A DNA stretch of 62,600 nt from Dehalococcoidales bacterium (GTDB lineage: Bacteria > Chloroflexota > Dehalococcoidia > Dehalococcoidales > RBG-16-60-22): positions 1 to 62,600 of the forward strand of contig DAOUEG010000115.1 of the NCBI GenBank assembly GCA_034430495.1. The letters run 5' to 3'. Shown here one piece after another: positions 9,486 through 17,998 of this stretch; within the stretch, counting starts at the first letter, position 1, and each line of letters starts with the position of its first letter. Both the position numbers and the translations under genes were made by a program. Below the pieces are notes generated by a model. The model worked only from the letters and a program-made list of their open reading frames with translations, did not search any database and was not told the origin of the DNA.

Positions 9486-9536
9486 GGCCGGGCGGGAGCA
9501 CCTCCCGCCCCGGCCTGTCCCGGGTCCGGCCCGGGA
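9486..9536 (+). terminator. Two tandem GC-rich hairpins after the SHOCT-like gene (no U-run)
   Basis: 9486-9515 forms a 13-bp stem with one bulge. 9518-9536 forms tcccggg/cccggga. No T-tract follows, so terminator function is uncertain. Confidence 0.4.
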
Positions 9537-9618
9537 GCGGAACCAATCCATTTCCAGTTCAAAGGTGGTTAGCGCCACGGAGGGGAGTCCGTGCGCCAAA
9601 AAACGGGGAGGTTGAGGA

Positions 9619-11904
9619 ATGAACACCCACACGGCAGGCAGGCAGAACTGGACGGAAAAGCTGGCGCGGGCCTGCGCCCGGCGCCCCTGGGTCACCGCGG
9701 GTATCTGGGTGGTGGCTATCGTCCTGGCGGTGATGGCGATGGGCCTCTGGCTCGACGACGCCCTCGTCACCGACGTCAGGCCCACCAACAACCCGGAATC
9801 GTCGGCGGCCCTGGACCTCATGAACAGTCGCCTCGGCCAGACCGAGGACACGACCCTGGACGAGATGATAATCGTCCGGTCGGGCACCTACACCGTTGAT
9901 GACCCGCAATTCGCGGCCGTCGTCAGCGGCCTCTACAACGATATCGCCGCGCAGGGACCGGACGTGTTCCTCGGCGGGGCCACTTACTACCTGACCCAGG
10001 ACCCGACCATGGTTTCCGCCGACCGGCACAGCACCATGATCCCCTTCGTCATGCCGGAGAACGGTGACGAAAAGGTGGCCGGGGTCTACGCGGCCGGCGA
10101 CGCCTACGCCAGCGATGACTTCCAGATTTACTACACCGGCTCGGCGTCCTGGGCGGCGGACTCCATGGAGCTCGGCGAGAGCACCATGGCCCGCGGCGAG
10201 ACCATCGGCATCGGCGCGGCGCTCGTCATCCTGGCCATCGTCTTCGGGGCGGTGGCGGCGGCGGTGCTGCCCGTTGGTCTCGGCGGGGTGGCCATCATGG
10301 TAGCCCTCGGCCTGACGGCCGTGGTCGGCACGGCCATGGACCTGACCTTCATGATAAGCAACATGATAACCATGATGGGCCTGGCGGTCGGCATTGACTA
10401 CTCGCTCTTCATTCTCACCCGCTTCCGGGAGGAGCGGGCCCGGGGTCTCAGCAAGCTGGACGCCATCGGCCGGACGGGGGCGACCGCCAACCGGGCCGTC
10501 TTCTTCAGCGGCCTGACGGTCATACTGGCCCTCTCCGGGCTGGTGATGTTCCCGCTCTCCATCTTCATCTCGATGGGCATCGGGTCCATCCTCGTCGTGA
10601 TCGTGGCCATCGCGGCCTCCATGACGCTGCTGCCGGCCATGATCGGCCTGCTCGGCGACAAGGTCAACGCCCTTCGCATCCCCTTCGTTCAGAAGAGACA
10701 GGCCGTCACCACCTACGAGACCAGCACCGGGTTCTGGGCCTGGATGACCCGGACGGTGACGCGGGTCCCGGTGGCCAGCCTGCTGGTGGCCGTCATCCTG
10801 CTGCTCGGGGCGGCGGTGCCGTTCCTCGACAAGCAGTCCGGGATGAGCGGCATCTCCGGCATGCCGGACTACCTGCGGGCCAAGCAGGGCTATATGGTGC
10901 TCCAGCAGGAGTTCCACGTCGGGCTGGACACGCCGGCCATCGTCGTCATTGACGGCGACGTGACGGACCCGGCCGTGACGGCGGGCGTCGAGAAACTCCA
11001 GGCCTCGCTGGCCGGTGACGCGGCCTTCGCGGGGTCGCAGTTCGTGCCGTACCCGGCTAGCCGCCTCGGCGTGCTCTACGCCGGCCTGAGCGGCGACAGC
11101 ATGAGCCGCGCCACCATGGAATCCGTGGAGCGGATGAGGGCGGACTACATTCCGGCGGCCTTCGCCGGCAGCGGCGCCGACGTGATGGTCACCGGCGATA
11201 CCGCCTTCATCGTGGACTTCAACGCCACCACGAGCCGGTACACGCCGTGGATATTCGGCTTCGTGCTCGGGCTGAGCTTCGTCATCCTGCTGCTGGCCTT
11301 CCGTTCCATCGTCATCTCTACCACGGCCATCATCATGAACCTGCTCTCGGTGGGGGCGGCCTACGGGCTGGTGGTGCTCGTCTTCCAGAAGGGCGTCGGG
11401 GCCGGTCTCTTCGGCTTCATCCAGGTGGACGTCATCGAGACCTGGCTGCCGCTCTTCCTCTTCGCGCTGCTCTTCGGGTTGAGCATGGACTACCACGTCT
11501 TCCTGCTGAGCCGGGTGCGCGAGCGCTACCTGCAGACCGGCGATAACGCCGAGGCCGTGTCCTTCGGGCTGCGGTCCACCGGGCGGCTCATCACCGGCGC
11601 GGCGCTCATCATGGTGGCGGTGTTCGGGGGTTTCGCCCTCGGCGACCTGGTGATGATGCAGCAGATGGGCTTCGGGCTGGCGGTGGCGGTGCTGCTGGAT
11701 GCGACGCTGGTACGCTGCGTGCTCGTCCCGGCGACGATGAAGCTGCTCGGCACGGCCAACTGGTACCTGCCGTCCTGGCTGCGCTGGCTGCCGGATATCA
11801 GCCTCGGCGACCAGGCCGAGGTTCCTTCCGGCGACAGGGCGCCGAAGCGAGCGAAAGCCCCGGCGGGCCTGCGGGCCATCCCCGTCCCCGCCGACGAGGA
11901 CTAG
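9619..11904 (+). CDS. MMPL-family (RND superfamily) membrane transporter
   Basis: 761 aa. Duplicated 6-TM bundles with GIDYSLF and GLSMDYHVFLLSRVRE motifs, and large extracytoplasmic loops. Confidence 0.9.
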   Translation: MNTHTAGRQNWTEKLARACARRPWVTAGIWVVAIVLAVMAMGLWLDDALVTDVRPTNNPESSAALDLMNSRLGQTEDTTLDEMIIVRSGTYTVDDPQFAAVVSGLYNDIAAQGPDVFLGGATYYLTQDPTMVSADRHSTMIPFVMPENGDEKVAGVYAAGDAYASDDFQIYYTGSASWAADSMELGESTMARGETIGIGAALVILAIVFGAVAAAVLPVGLGGVAIMVALGLTAVVGTAMDLTFMISNMITMMGLAVGIDYSLFILTRFREERARGLSKLDAIGRTGATANRAVFFSGLTVILALSGLVMFPLSIFISMGIGSILVVIVAIAASMTLLPAMIGLLGDKVNALRIPFVQKRQAVTTYETSTGFWAWMTRTVTRVPVASLLVAVILLLGAAVPFLDKQSGMSGISGMPDYLRAKQGYMVLQQEFHVGLDTPAIVVIDGDVTDPAVTAGVEKLQASLAGDAAFAGSQFVPYPASRLGVLYAGLSGDSMSRATMESVERMRADYIPAAFAGSGADVMVTGDTAFIVDFNATTSRYTPWIFGFVLGLSFVILLLAFRSIVISTTAIIMNLLSVGAAYGLVVLVFQKGVGAGLFGFIQVDVIETWLPLFLFALLFGLSMDYHVFLLSRVRERYLQTGDNAEAVSFGLRSTGRLITGAALIMVAVFGGFALGDLVMMQQMGFGLAVAVLLDATLVRCVLVPATMKLLGTANWYLPSWLRWLPDISLGDQAEVPSGDRAPKRAKAPAGLRAIPVPADED

Positions 11905-11922
11905 GTCAACCTTCGGTCACTC

Positions 11923-13143
11923 CTAACCGGCCCCGGACAGGGGCCGGTTCCTTTTTTCCGGCACGAGCCCGAAGAAGATTATGGCCAGCACCCCGAGCCC
12001 GGCCCAGACGAGGAACGGCGCGCCGGGGGCCGCGGCGGCCAGGGCGTTGCCGGCCGGCGGCGCGATAGTATAGCCGAGGCGGGTGAAGGAGTGGACGAGG
12101 CCGACGGCCGTGCCGGCGTTCTCCGGCCCGATGCCCTCCGCCTCCACGGCCATGGTGGCGGCGATGGCCCATATCATGTCCCGCACCATGCCGACCATCA
12201 CGGCGAAGAGCCAGACCGTCGGCGTGGTGAACCAGGTGAGCAGCAGCGTGCCGGCGACGGAGATGACGAGCGCCGGCATGAGCACCGTCTTGCGGCGGCC
12301 GAGCCGGTCCGAGAGGAGCGTGAAGGGAACGGCGCAGGAGGTACCGGCGGCGTTGAGGGCGGCCAGCGCCCCGTCCGCTGAAGCGGGCGTCCAGCCGGCG
12401 TTGCGCAGGTAGAGCGGCAGGTAGCCCATGACGCTCTTGTTGCTCCCGGCGAAGCCCATCATGGCGAGGGCGATGAGCCAGACGCTGCGGGAGCGCGTTA
12501 CCCGGCCGATGGACGCGCCGAAGGAAGCCTGGCGCTCGTGTATATCGGGTGACGATACGACCGGCGGCGCCGGCGCCGTGGCGAACCAGAGGACGCCGAG
12601 GAGGACGGAGACGCCGCCGTAGGCGACCAGAACGTGGTGCCAGCCGCCGAGCCAGGGGGACATCACCGTGGCGCTGAGGGCGGCCCCGGTCATCAGGCCG
12701 CCGCCGACGCAGGCCGTCAGCACGCCCTGGGCGGCCCCGAGGCCGCGGTCGTGGAACCACTGCGACACGCTCTTGACGACGATGACCGGCACCGCCTCGG
12801 CGAAGAGGCCGAAGACCACCGAGGTGCCGATGAGGGCGCCGAGGCTGGTCGAGAGGCCCCGTACCGCCCCGAATACCCCGGCCCCGATGCAGACCACCGC
12901 CAGCACCCGCCGCACGCCGTAGCGGTCCGCCAGCAGCCCGGCGACGATGATGCTGATGATGCCCGCCGCCGAGGAGGCCCCCCAGACCACCCCCACCTGG
13001 ACGATGGACAGGTTGAGCTCGGCGGCTATCTCGCTGAAGAGCACCGGCAGGGCCGCGGTGGAGAAGGCGAAGACGAAGAAGCTGATGGCGCATCCCAGGA
13101 TAAAGGCGTAGCGGCGCCGCCCGGGAGACACCGTCGCGTTCAT
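11923..13143 (-). CDS. MFS transporter
   Basis: 406 aa, about 12 hydrophobic segments, and an MFS loop motif GLLADRYGVRR. Its start lies 1 nt after the AOR stop (TGAcATG). Confidence 0.85.
   Translation of the reverse strand: MNATVSPGRRRYAFILGCAISFFVFAFSTAALPVLFSEIAAELNLSIVQVGVVWGASSAAGIISIIVAGLLADRYGVRRVLAVVCIGAGVFGAVRGLSTSLGALIGTSVVFGLFAEAVPVIVVKSVSQWFHDRGLGAAQGVLTACVGGGLMTGAALSATVMSPWLGGWHHVLVAYGGVSVLLGVLWFATAPAPPVVSSPDIHERQASFGASIGRVTRSRSVWLIALAMMGFAGSNKSVMGYLPLYLRNAGWTPASADGALAALNAAGTSCAVPFTLLSDRLGRRKTVLMPALVISVAGTLLLTWFTTPTVWLFAVMVGMVRDMIWAIAATMAVEAEGIGPENAGTAVGLVHSFTRLGYTIAPPAGNALAAAAPGAPFLVWAGLGVLAIIFFGLVPEKRNRPLSGAG
11925..11957 (+). terminator. Rho-independent terminator of the MMPL gene
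   Basis: aaccggcccc-ggaca-ggggccggtt followed by ccTTTTTT. It overlaps the 3' end of the convergent MFS gene. Confidence 0.7.
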
Positions 13144-13144
13144 G

Positions 13145-15061
13145 TCAGGCCAGCAGCCCGCGCGCCGCCAGGTCGTCGGCGACGTCCGCCAGGTCGAGCT
13201 CCTCCAGCTTCTTGCGGGTGGGGTAACCCGTCGCCGGGTCCCAGCCGCGCAGCTGGTAGAAGTCCGTCTTCATCCGCTCGAAGCCGCCCCGGTCGAGGGT
13301 CATCCCGGCGCGGGAGAAGATCTCGCCGTCCCGGCCGGGCACGAGCACCTCGTTGTTGAAGAAGATGTCGTTCCTCTCGATGGGCTCGGTGAAGAGGTAG
13401 TCGAGGACGCAGTCGCCCTCGCGGCCGGGCCAGCCCTGGCGGAGGAAGACGGCGCGCTGGAGGTTGAAGTTGCGCTCGCCGATGCGGTAGACGTCCTCCT
13501 CGCTCGCTATATCGGCGCCCGATACAGCCGCGTAGAGCTGCCCCTCGGTGACGGCGTCGGGCGTGCGGGCGAAGAGGCCGATGGTGTACTTGAGGTCGCA
13601 GACGATGAGGCTCTCCTTGACGTAGGCGCGGTCCTGGACCATCCTGGCGGCCAGGGCTTTGCCCTCGTAGGTGGAGAAGTCCGCCGCCAGCTCCGAGCCC
13701 CACATGCGCCTGGCGGCGGCGCGGAAGGCGGCGGAATCGAACTTCGCGCTCTTGTCGCCCAGGGCCCAGGGCAGCCAGGCCATGATGGGCGAGGCGACCT
13801 CGTGGAGCTGGTTGATGATGCGGCGCGGCTCGAAGGCGTAGATGAGGGCGGTGATGAGGGCGATGCGCGGGTCGTAGTCCCGCTTTTCCCCGTTGGCGGT
13901 GGCCACGAACCGGCCGAGCACGGCGGCCGCCTCCGGCCCGACGGCCGCGGCGGCGCCGATGACGCCCCGGGCCATAAACTCCCCGAAGCCCTCCCGGTAG
14001 ACCATCTTGCGGAGCACGTCCCGCACGAAGGCCTCGGTGCCCATGCCGGACAGGAACAGGCCGGTCTGTGCTTCCGTCAGCAGGCCGTGCCCGTAGCAGT
14101 ACTCCAGCCAGGTGATGACGGGGGAGGCGACGGTGGTATCCAGGCCGTAGCCGTCCGCCAGCCGGGCGGCCAGCATCCGGGTCTCGGTGCTCTCCACGGT
14201 GCCCTCGTGGAGGGCGTCCACCCAGAAGTCCGACTGCTGGCAGAGGGACTTGTAGAGGCGGCCTTCCCAGTCGTAGACCTGGCGGGAGCAGCCGCTGCCG
14301 CAGCCGAAGCAGACCCCCTTGCGGGTCAGGCCGGGGATGGACCAGGGCGGGTCCGGGGCGCCGGCGGCCCCGGGGAGCGGCCGGTTGAGCGTCCTGACCA
14401 GCTCCTTGAGGCGGTCCGGGTGGGCGGCCACCGGGCGGCGGCTGCCCCGGGCGGCGACGGCCTTGACGTTCTTGGAACCGAGCACCGCCCCGAGCCCGCC
14501 GGAGCCGGAGGCGCGGCCGTCCGAAAGGACGGTGGCGAAAGGAATGAGGTTCTCGCCGGCGGGGCCGATGGCCAGGGTGCTGAAATCCTCGCCGAGCCGC
14601 TGCTCGAGGGCGATGGTCGTCTCGAAGGTGGTGAGGCCGCAAAGGTCGGCGGCGTCGCGGAACTCGACGGTAGCGTCGTCAATGTAGAGGTAGCAGGGGG
14701 ACGACGCCTTCCCCACGATGACGAGGGCATCGTAGCCGGCCGCCTTGAGCCAGGCCCCGAAGCGCTCCCCGAGGTTGGCGTAGCTGCACAGGTTGCGGTC
14801 TCCCGCCGGGGACTTGCTGTAAATCTTCCAGCGGTAGCCGGCCACGCCGGGGAAACCGGCCAGCGGCCCGCTGGCGGCGATGAAGGCGTTCTCCGGGTCG
14901 AAGGCGTCCGCCTCCGGGGGGACGAGCTCCCAGTAGAGCCGGGCGGCGAGCCCCTGCCCGCCCATGTGCTTCCGCGTGTAGGGGGCGCTGTCAATCACCC
15001 GCGAGGTCCCGGTGGTGGCGTCGGCGATGAGGATGCCGCCGGCGTAGCCGTAGTCGGTCAT
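13145..15061 (-). CDS. Aldehyde:ferredoxin oxidoreductase family (tungstopterin) enzyme, paralog 1
   Basis: 638 aa. AOR N-domain GYAGGILIADATTG...GGQGLAARL and 4Fe-4S motif CFGCGSGC. Confidence 0.88.
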   Translation of the reverse strand: MTDYGYAGGILIADATTGTSRVIDSAPYTRKHMGGQGLAARLYWELVPPEADAFDPENAFIAASGPLAGFPGVAGYRWKIYSKSPAGDRNLCSYANLGERFGAWLKAAGYDALVIVGKASSPCYLYIDDATVEFRDAADLCGLTTFETTIALEQRLGEDFSTLAIGPAGENLIPFATVLSDGRASGSGGLGAVLGSKNVKAVAARGSRRPVAAHPDRLKELVRTLNRPLPGAAGAPDPPWSIPGLTRKGVCFGCGSGCSRQVYDWEGRLYKSLCQQSDFWVDALHEGTVESTETRMLAARLADGYGLDTTVASPVITWLEYCYGHGLLTEAQTGLFLSGMGTEAFVRDVLRKMVYREGFGEFMARGVIGAAAAVGPEAAAVLGRFVATANGEKRDYDPRIALITALIYAFEPRRIINQLHEVASPIMAWLPWALGDKSAKFDSAAFRAAARRMWGSELAADFSTYEGKALAARMVQDRAYVKESLIVCDLKYTIGLFARTPDAVTEGQLYAAVSGADIASEEDVYRIGERNFNLQRAVFLRQGWPGREGDCVLDYLFTEPIERNDIFFNNEVLVPGRDGEIFSRAGMTLDRGGFERMKTDFYQLRGWDPATGYPTRKKLEELDLADVADDLAARGLLA

Positions 15062-15095
15062 GTTCAGGTCCTTTTGTACGTGTATTTCACCCTCG

Positions 15096-15117
15096 CTCCC
15101 GCGCGCCGGCGCGGGAG
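15096..15117. repeat. GC hairpin between the AOR genes
   Basis: ctcccgcgc-gccg-gcgcgggag, a 9-bp perfect stem. Confidence 0.5.
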
Positions 15118-15127
15118 GGGAGGGAGG

Positions 15128-15163
15128 GGCCGCCCGCCCTGAGCACGTCGAAGGGCGAGCGGC
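15128..15163. repeat. REP-like palindromic unit, copy R3
   Basis: Stem ggccgcccgccct/agggcgagcggcc with one mismatch, around loop GAGCACGTCGA. Confidence 0.7.
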
Positions 15164-15178
15164 CCGCGTGGCGTCAGG

Positions 15179-17026
15179 CTAGCTCAGTCCGAGCTCCTTG
15201 AGCTTGGCCGGGGAGGGAGTGCCGGCCTTGTCCCAGCCGCGGACGGCGTAGTACTCGTCGAGCATCTCGTCGAGGTCTGCCTGCGTGATGACCTGGCCCT
15301 TGGAGTTGCCCTCCTTGATGGCCTCGGTCATGAGGCGCTTGGGCAGGCTATCGTCCTTCCGCGTGAAGCCGGCCCCGATGTTGAAGAGCCGGGCCACGTT
15401 GTTGAGCCGCTCGCCGATCTGCTCCACCTGCGCCGGCGTGAAGGCCGTGCCGGCGGCGGCGTTGACGAGGTCCGCCGTGTTCTGGCAGGCGACGGCGGGG
15501 ACGGCCATGTCGAGCAGGAAGGCGCACATGGTGGCGCAGTCGCAGGTAACGGAGCGGACGTCCTGGTTCCACTTGGTGAGCTTGCCCTTGCCCTCGGTCT
15601 TGGTCCTGTCCACCGGTTCCGGGATGGGGATGGAGAAAATCTCCTGGAAGGCGTAGCCGCGGTTGTGGTCCGCGCCGGTGTAGGAGGTGGCGTAGTTGAG
15701 GCCGTGGGCCTTGGCGCCGCGGACGTCGTAGGCGGGGAGCTCGAGCCCCTTTATCTGCATGGCGTAGTCCCCGGTGCCCTTGCCTACCTTCTCGGCGGCT
15801 TTCCTGGTGCCCTGGCCGAGCAGGTCGCCGAGGCCGTCGCGGAAGGCTATCTTGCGCAGCATGTCAATCATGGCGGCGTGGTTGCCCCAGGTGAGCTCCA
15901 GGCCGCCGGTGTCTTCCTTCGTCAGGAGGCCCTTCTCGTAGAGCTCCATGGCCCAGCCGATGGCCACCCCGGCGGAGATGGTATCAATGCCGAACTCGTC
16001 GCAGAGGCGGTCGGCGGCGATGACGGCGGGGAGGTAGTCCACCCCGCAGGTGGAGCCGAGCGAGTAGACGGTCTCGAACTCCGGCCCCTCGGCCAGGTAG
16101 CCGGCGTAGGGGCCCTCGGTGACGAGCTTGACCTGCGAGCAGGCCACCGGGCAGTCGTGGCAGGGGTTGCGGGTGACGATCATGGTGTCGTTGGCGTCCT
16201 TGCCGAGACCGGGGACCATGTTGACGGTGCCGGTGGCCGACCAGTTGCGGATGGAGAAGATGCCCATCTCGCTCATGGCGTCCACCACCATCGGCGTGCC
16301 GGCGTGCGAGAACTCCGGGTAGAGCACCGGGCTGGCCCGCATGGCGTCCAGCATGGCCTTGCGGGCCGTCTTGAACGCCTCCTGGTCCGCTACGCCCGGT
16401 TTGCCGGTGCCGCGGACGGCAATGGCCTTGAGGTTCTTGGCGCCCATGACCGCCCCGAGGCCCTTGCGGCCGGCCGCGCGGCGCTCGTTGACGATGCAGG
16501 CGATGGGCACCTGCCGGTCCCCGGCCGGTCCCGTGCAGGCGATGCGGTAGTTGTGGTCGTGGAGCTCCTCCTTGATGAACTCCTGCACGTCCGAGGTCTG
16601 CATCCCCACCAGGTGGGCGGCCTTGCGGAACCGCACCTCCCCGTCCTTGACCGAGACGTAGGTGGCGTCCTTCGCCTTGCCCTCGATGATAATCATGTCG
16701 TAGCCGGCCTGCTTCATCTCGGTGGGGAACTGCCCGCCGGAGAGCGCCATCCCAACCGCCCCGGTGAGCGGCGACTTGGCGGCGACCGCCATGCGGCTGG
16801 CGCAGGGCGCCCCGGTGGCCGTCAGCGGCCCGACGGCGAAGAGGAGCTTGTTGGCCTCGGAAAGCGCGGGCGTGGCCGCTGGCACCTCGTCGTAGAGGTA
16901 CTTGACCGCGAAGCCGGCCCCGCCGAGGTAGTCCTTCACGACCGGCTCCGGCAGGGCTTCCTCCGTGGCCTTTTGCGTCGTCAGGTTTATCCTGAGAATC
17001 TTGCCCGCATAACCACCTTTGTACAT
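15179..17026 (-). CDS. Aldehyde:ferredoxin oxidoreductase family enzyme, paralog 2
   Basis: 615 aa. GYAGKILRINLTTQK...LGGAGFAVKYL and CHDCPVAC cluster motif. Confidence 0.9.
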   Translation of the reverse strand: MYKGGYAGKILRINLTTQKATEEALPEPVVKDYLGGAGFAVKYLYDEVPAATPALSEANKLLFAVGPLTATGAPCASRMAVAAKSPLTGAVGMALSGGQFPTEMKQAGYDMIIIEGKAKDATYVSVKDGEVRFRKAAHLVGMQTSDVQEFIKEELHDHNYRIACTGPAGDRQVPIACIVNERRAAGRKGLGAVMGAKNLKAIAVRGTGKPGVADQEAFKTARKAMLDAMRASPVLYPEFSHAGTPMVVDAMSEMGIFSIRNWSATGTVNMVPGLGKDANDTMIVTRNPCHDCPVACSQVKLVTEGPYAGYLAEGPEFETVYSLGSTCGVDYLPAVIAADRLCDEFGIDTISAGVAIGWAMELYEKGLLTKEDTGGLELTWGNHAAMIDMLRKIAFRDGLGDLLGQGTRKAAEKVGKGTGDYAMQIKGLELPAYDVRGAKAHGLNYATSYTGADHNRGYAFQEIFSIPIPEPVDRTKTEGKGKLTKWNQDVRSVTCDCATMCAFLLDMAVPAVACQNTADLVNAAAGTAFTPAQVEQIGERLNNVARLFNIGAGFTRKDDSLPKRLMTEAIKEGNSKGQVITQADLDEMLDEYYAVRGWDKAGTPSPAKLKELGLS

Positions 17027-17057
17027 GGCAATTCCTCCTTCGTAGATTTGGGTGGTG

Positions 17058-17825
17058 CTAGACCAGCACGCTGCCGCCGTTGACGACGATATACTGGCCG
17101 GTGATGAAGTCCGCGTCCGCCGAGGCGAGGAAGACGGCCGTGCCGACCACGTCCGCCGGCTCCTCGCGGCGCTTGAGGCACTGCTGCTCGATGGTGGCCT
17201 GGAAGGACGCCTCGCTGCGGTCCTGGCCTAGGCTGGCCTCCGTCGCCGTGAACCCGGGGGCGATGCTGTTGACGTTGATGCCGTGCGGCCCGAGGTTCCG
17301 GGCCAGGGCCTGGGTCAGCGCGTAGACGGCGGCCTTGGAGCAGGCGTAGGGCATGAGCCCGGCGGACCCGGCCACCTTGAACACGTCCGAGGCGATGTTG
17401 ATAATCTTACCCTTGCCCCTCTTCACCATGAGCGGGGCGACCGCCTTGCAGACGAGGTAGGTGCCGGTGACGTTGATGCCGAACATCACGTCCCAGTCCT
17501 CCTTGACCCAGCCGTCCCAGGGGCGGCGCTCCACGCCGTAGTAGAGGGCGGCGTTGTTGAGCAAGATGTCCACGCCGCCGTAGAGCTTGTCCACTGTCAC
17601 GGCGATGGCCTCGGTGTCCTCCGGGGCGGAGATATCGGCGCGCATGGCCCGGGCCTCGCCGCCGTTATCACGGATCTCCTTGGCGGTAGCCTCCGCTCGC
17701 GCCAGGCTGATGTCCGGCAGCAGCAGCCTGGCCCCTTCCGCCGCGTAGCGGAGGGCGAACTGCTTGCCGAAGCCGCGCCCGGCCCCGGTGATGATGGCGA
17801 TTTTCCCCTGCAGTACGGGTGACAT
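17058..17825 (-). CDS. Short-chain dehydrogenase/reductase (SDR)
   Basis: 255 aa from ATG 17825 (SD AGGAGG). TGAGRGFG Rossmann motif, NNAA, and catalytic YxxxK (YACSKAA). Confidence 0.88.
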   Translation of the reverse strand: MSPVLQGKIAIITGAGRGFGKQFALRYAAEGARLLLPDISLARAEATAKEIRDNGGEARAMRADISAPEDTEAIAVTVDKLYGGVDILLNNAALYYGVERRPWDGWVKEDWDVMFGINVTGTYLVCKAVAPLMVKRGKGKIINIASDVFKVAGSAGLMPYACSKAAVYALTQALARNLGPHGINVNSIAPGFTATEASLGQDRSEASFQATIEQQCLKRREEPADVVGTAVFLASADADFITGQYIVVNGGSVLV

Positions 17826-17912
17826 GACAGCCTCCTGGGAACCCGGTCTCGTATACTCGGTGATTGTACACCGCCGCCGAGCCTGCGTCAAACACGAAAA
17901 CCGGCTCCCGGA

Positions 17913-17941
17913 TTGACATTCATGAAGCTGTTGTGTACTCT
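17913..17941 (+). promoter_or_regulatory. Sigma-70-type promoter of AOR paralog 3
   Basis: TTGACA-N17-TACTCT, 58 nt upstream of the ATG. SD AAAGGAG precedes the start. Confidence 0.55.
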
Positions 17942-17998
17942 GTAATGCGGAGCGAAGCACCACCCTTTCGGGAATTAGTGTAAAAAGGAGCATGCACT

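Noticed and set aside
9559-11496. 645-aa minus-strand ORF opposite the MMPL transporter
   Set aside because: His/Arg/Gly/Asp/Pro-rich with no recognisable motif. The plus strand encodes a complete MMPL protein.
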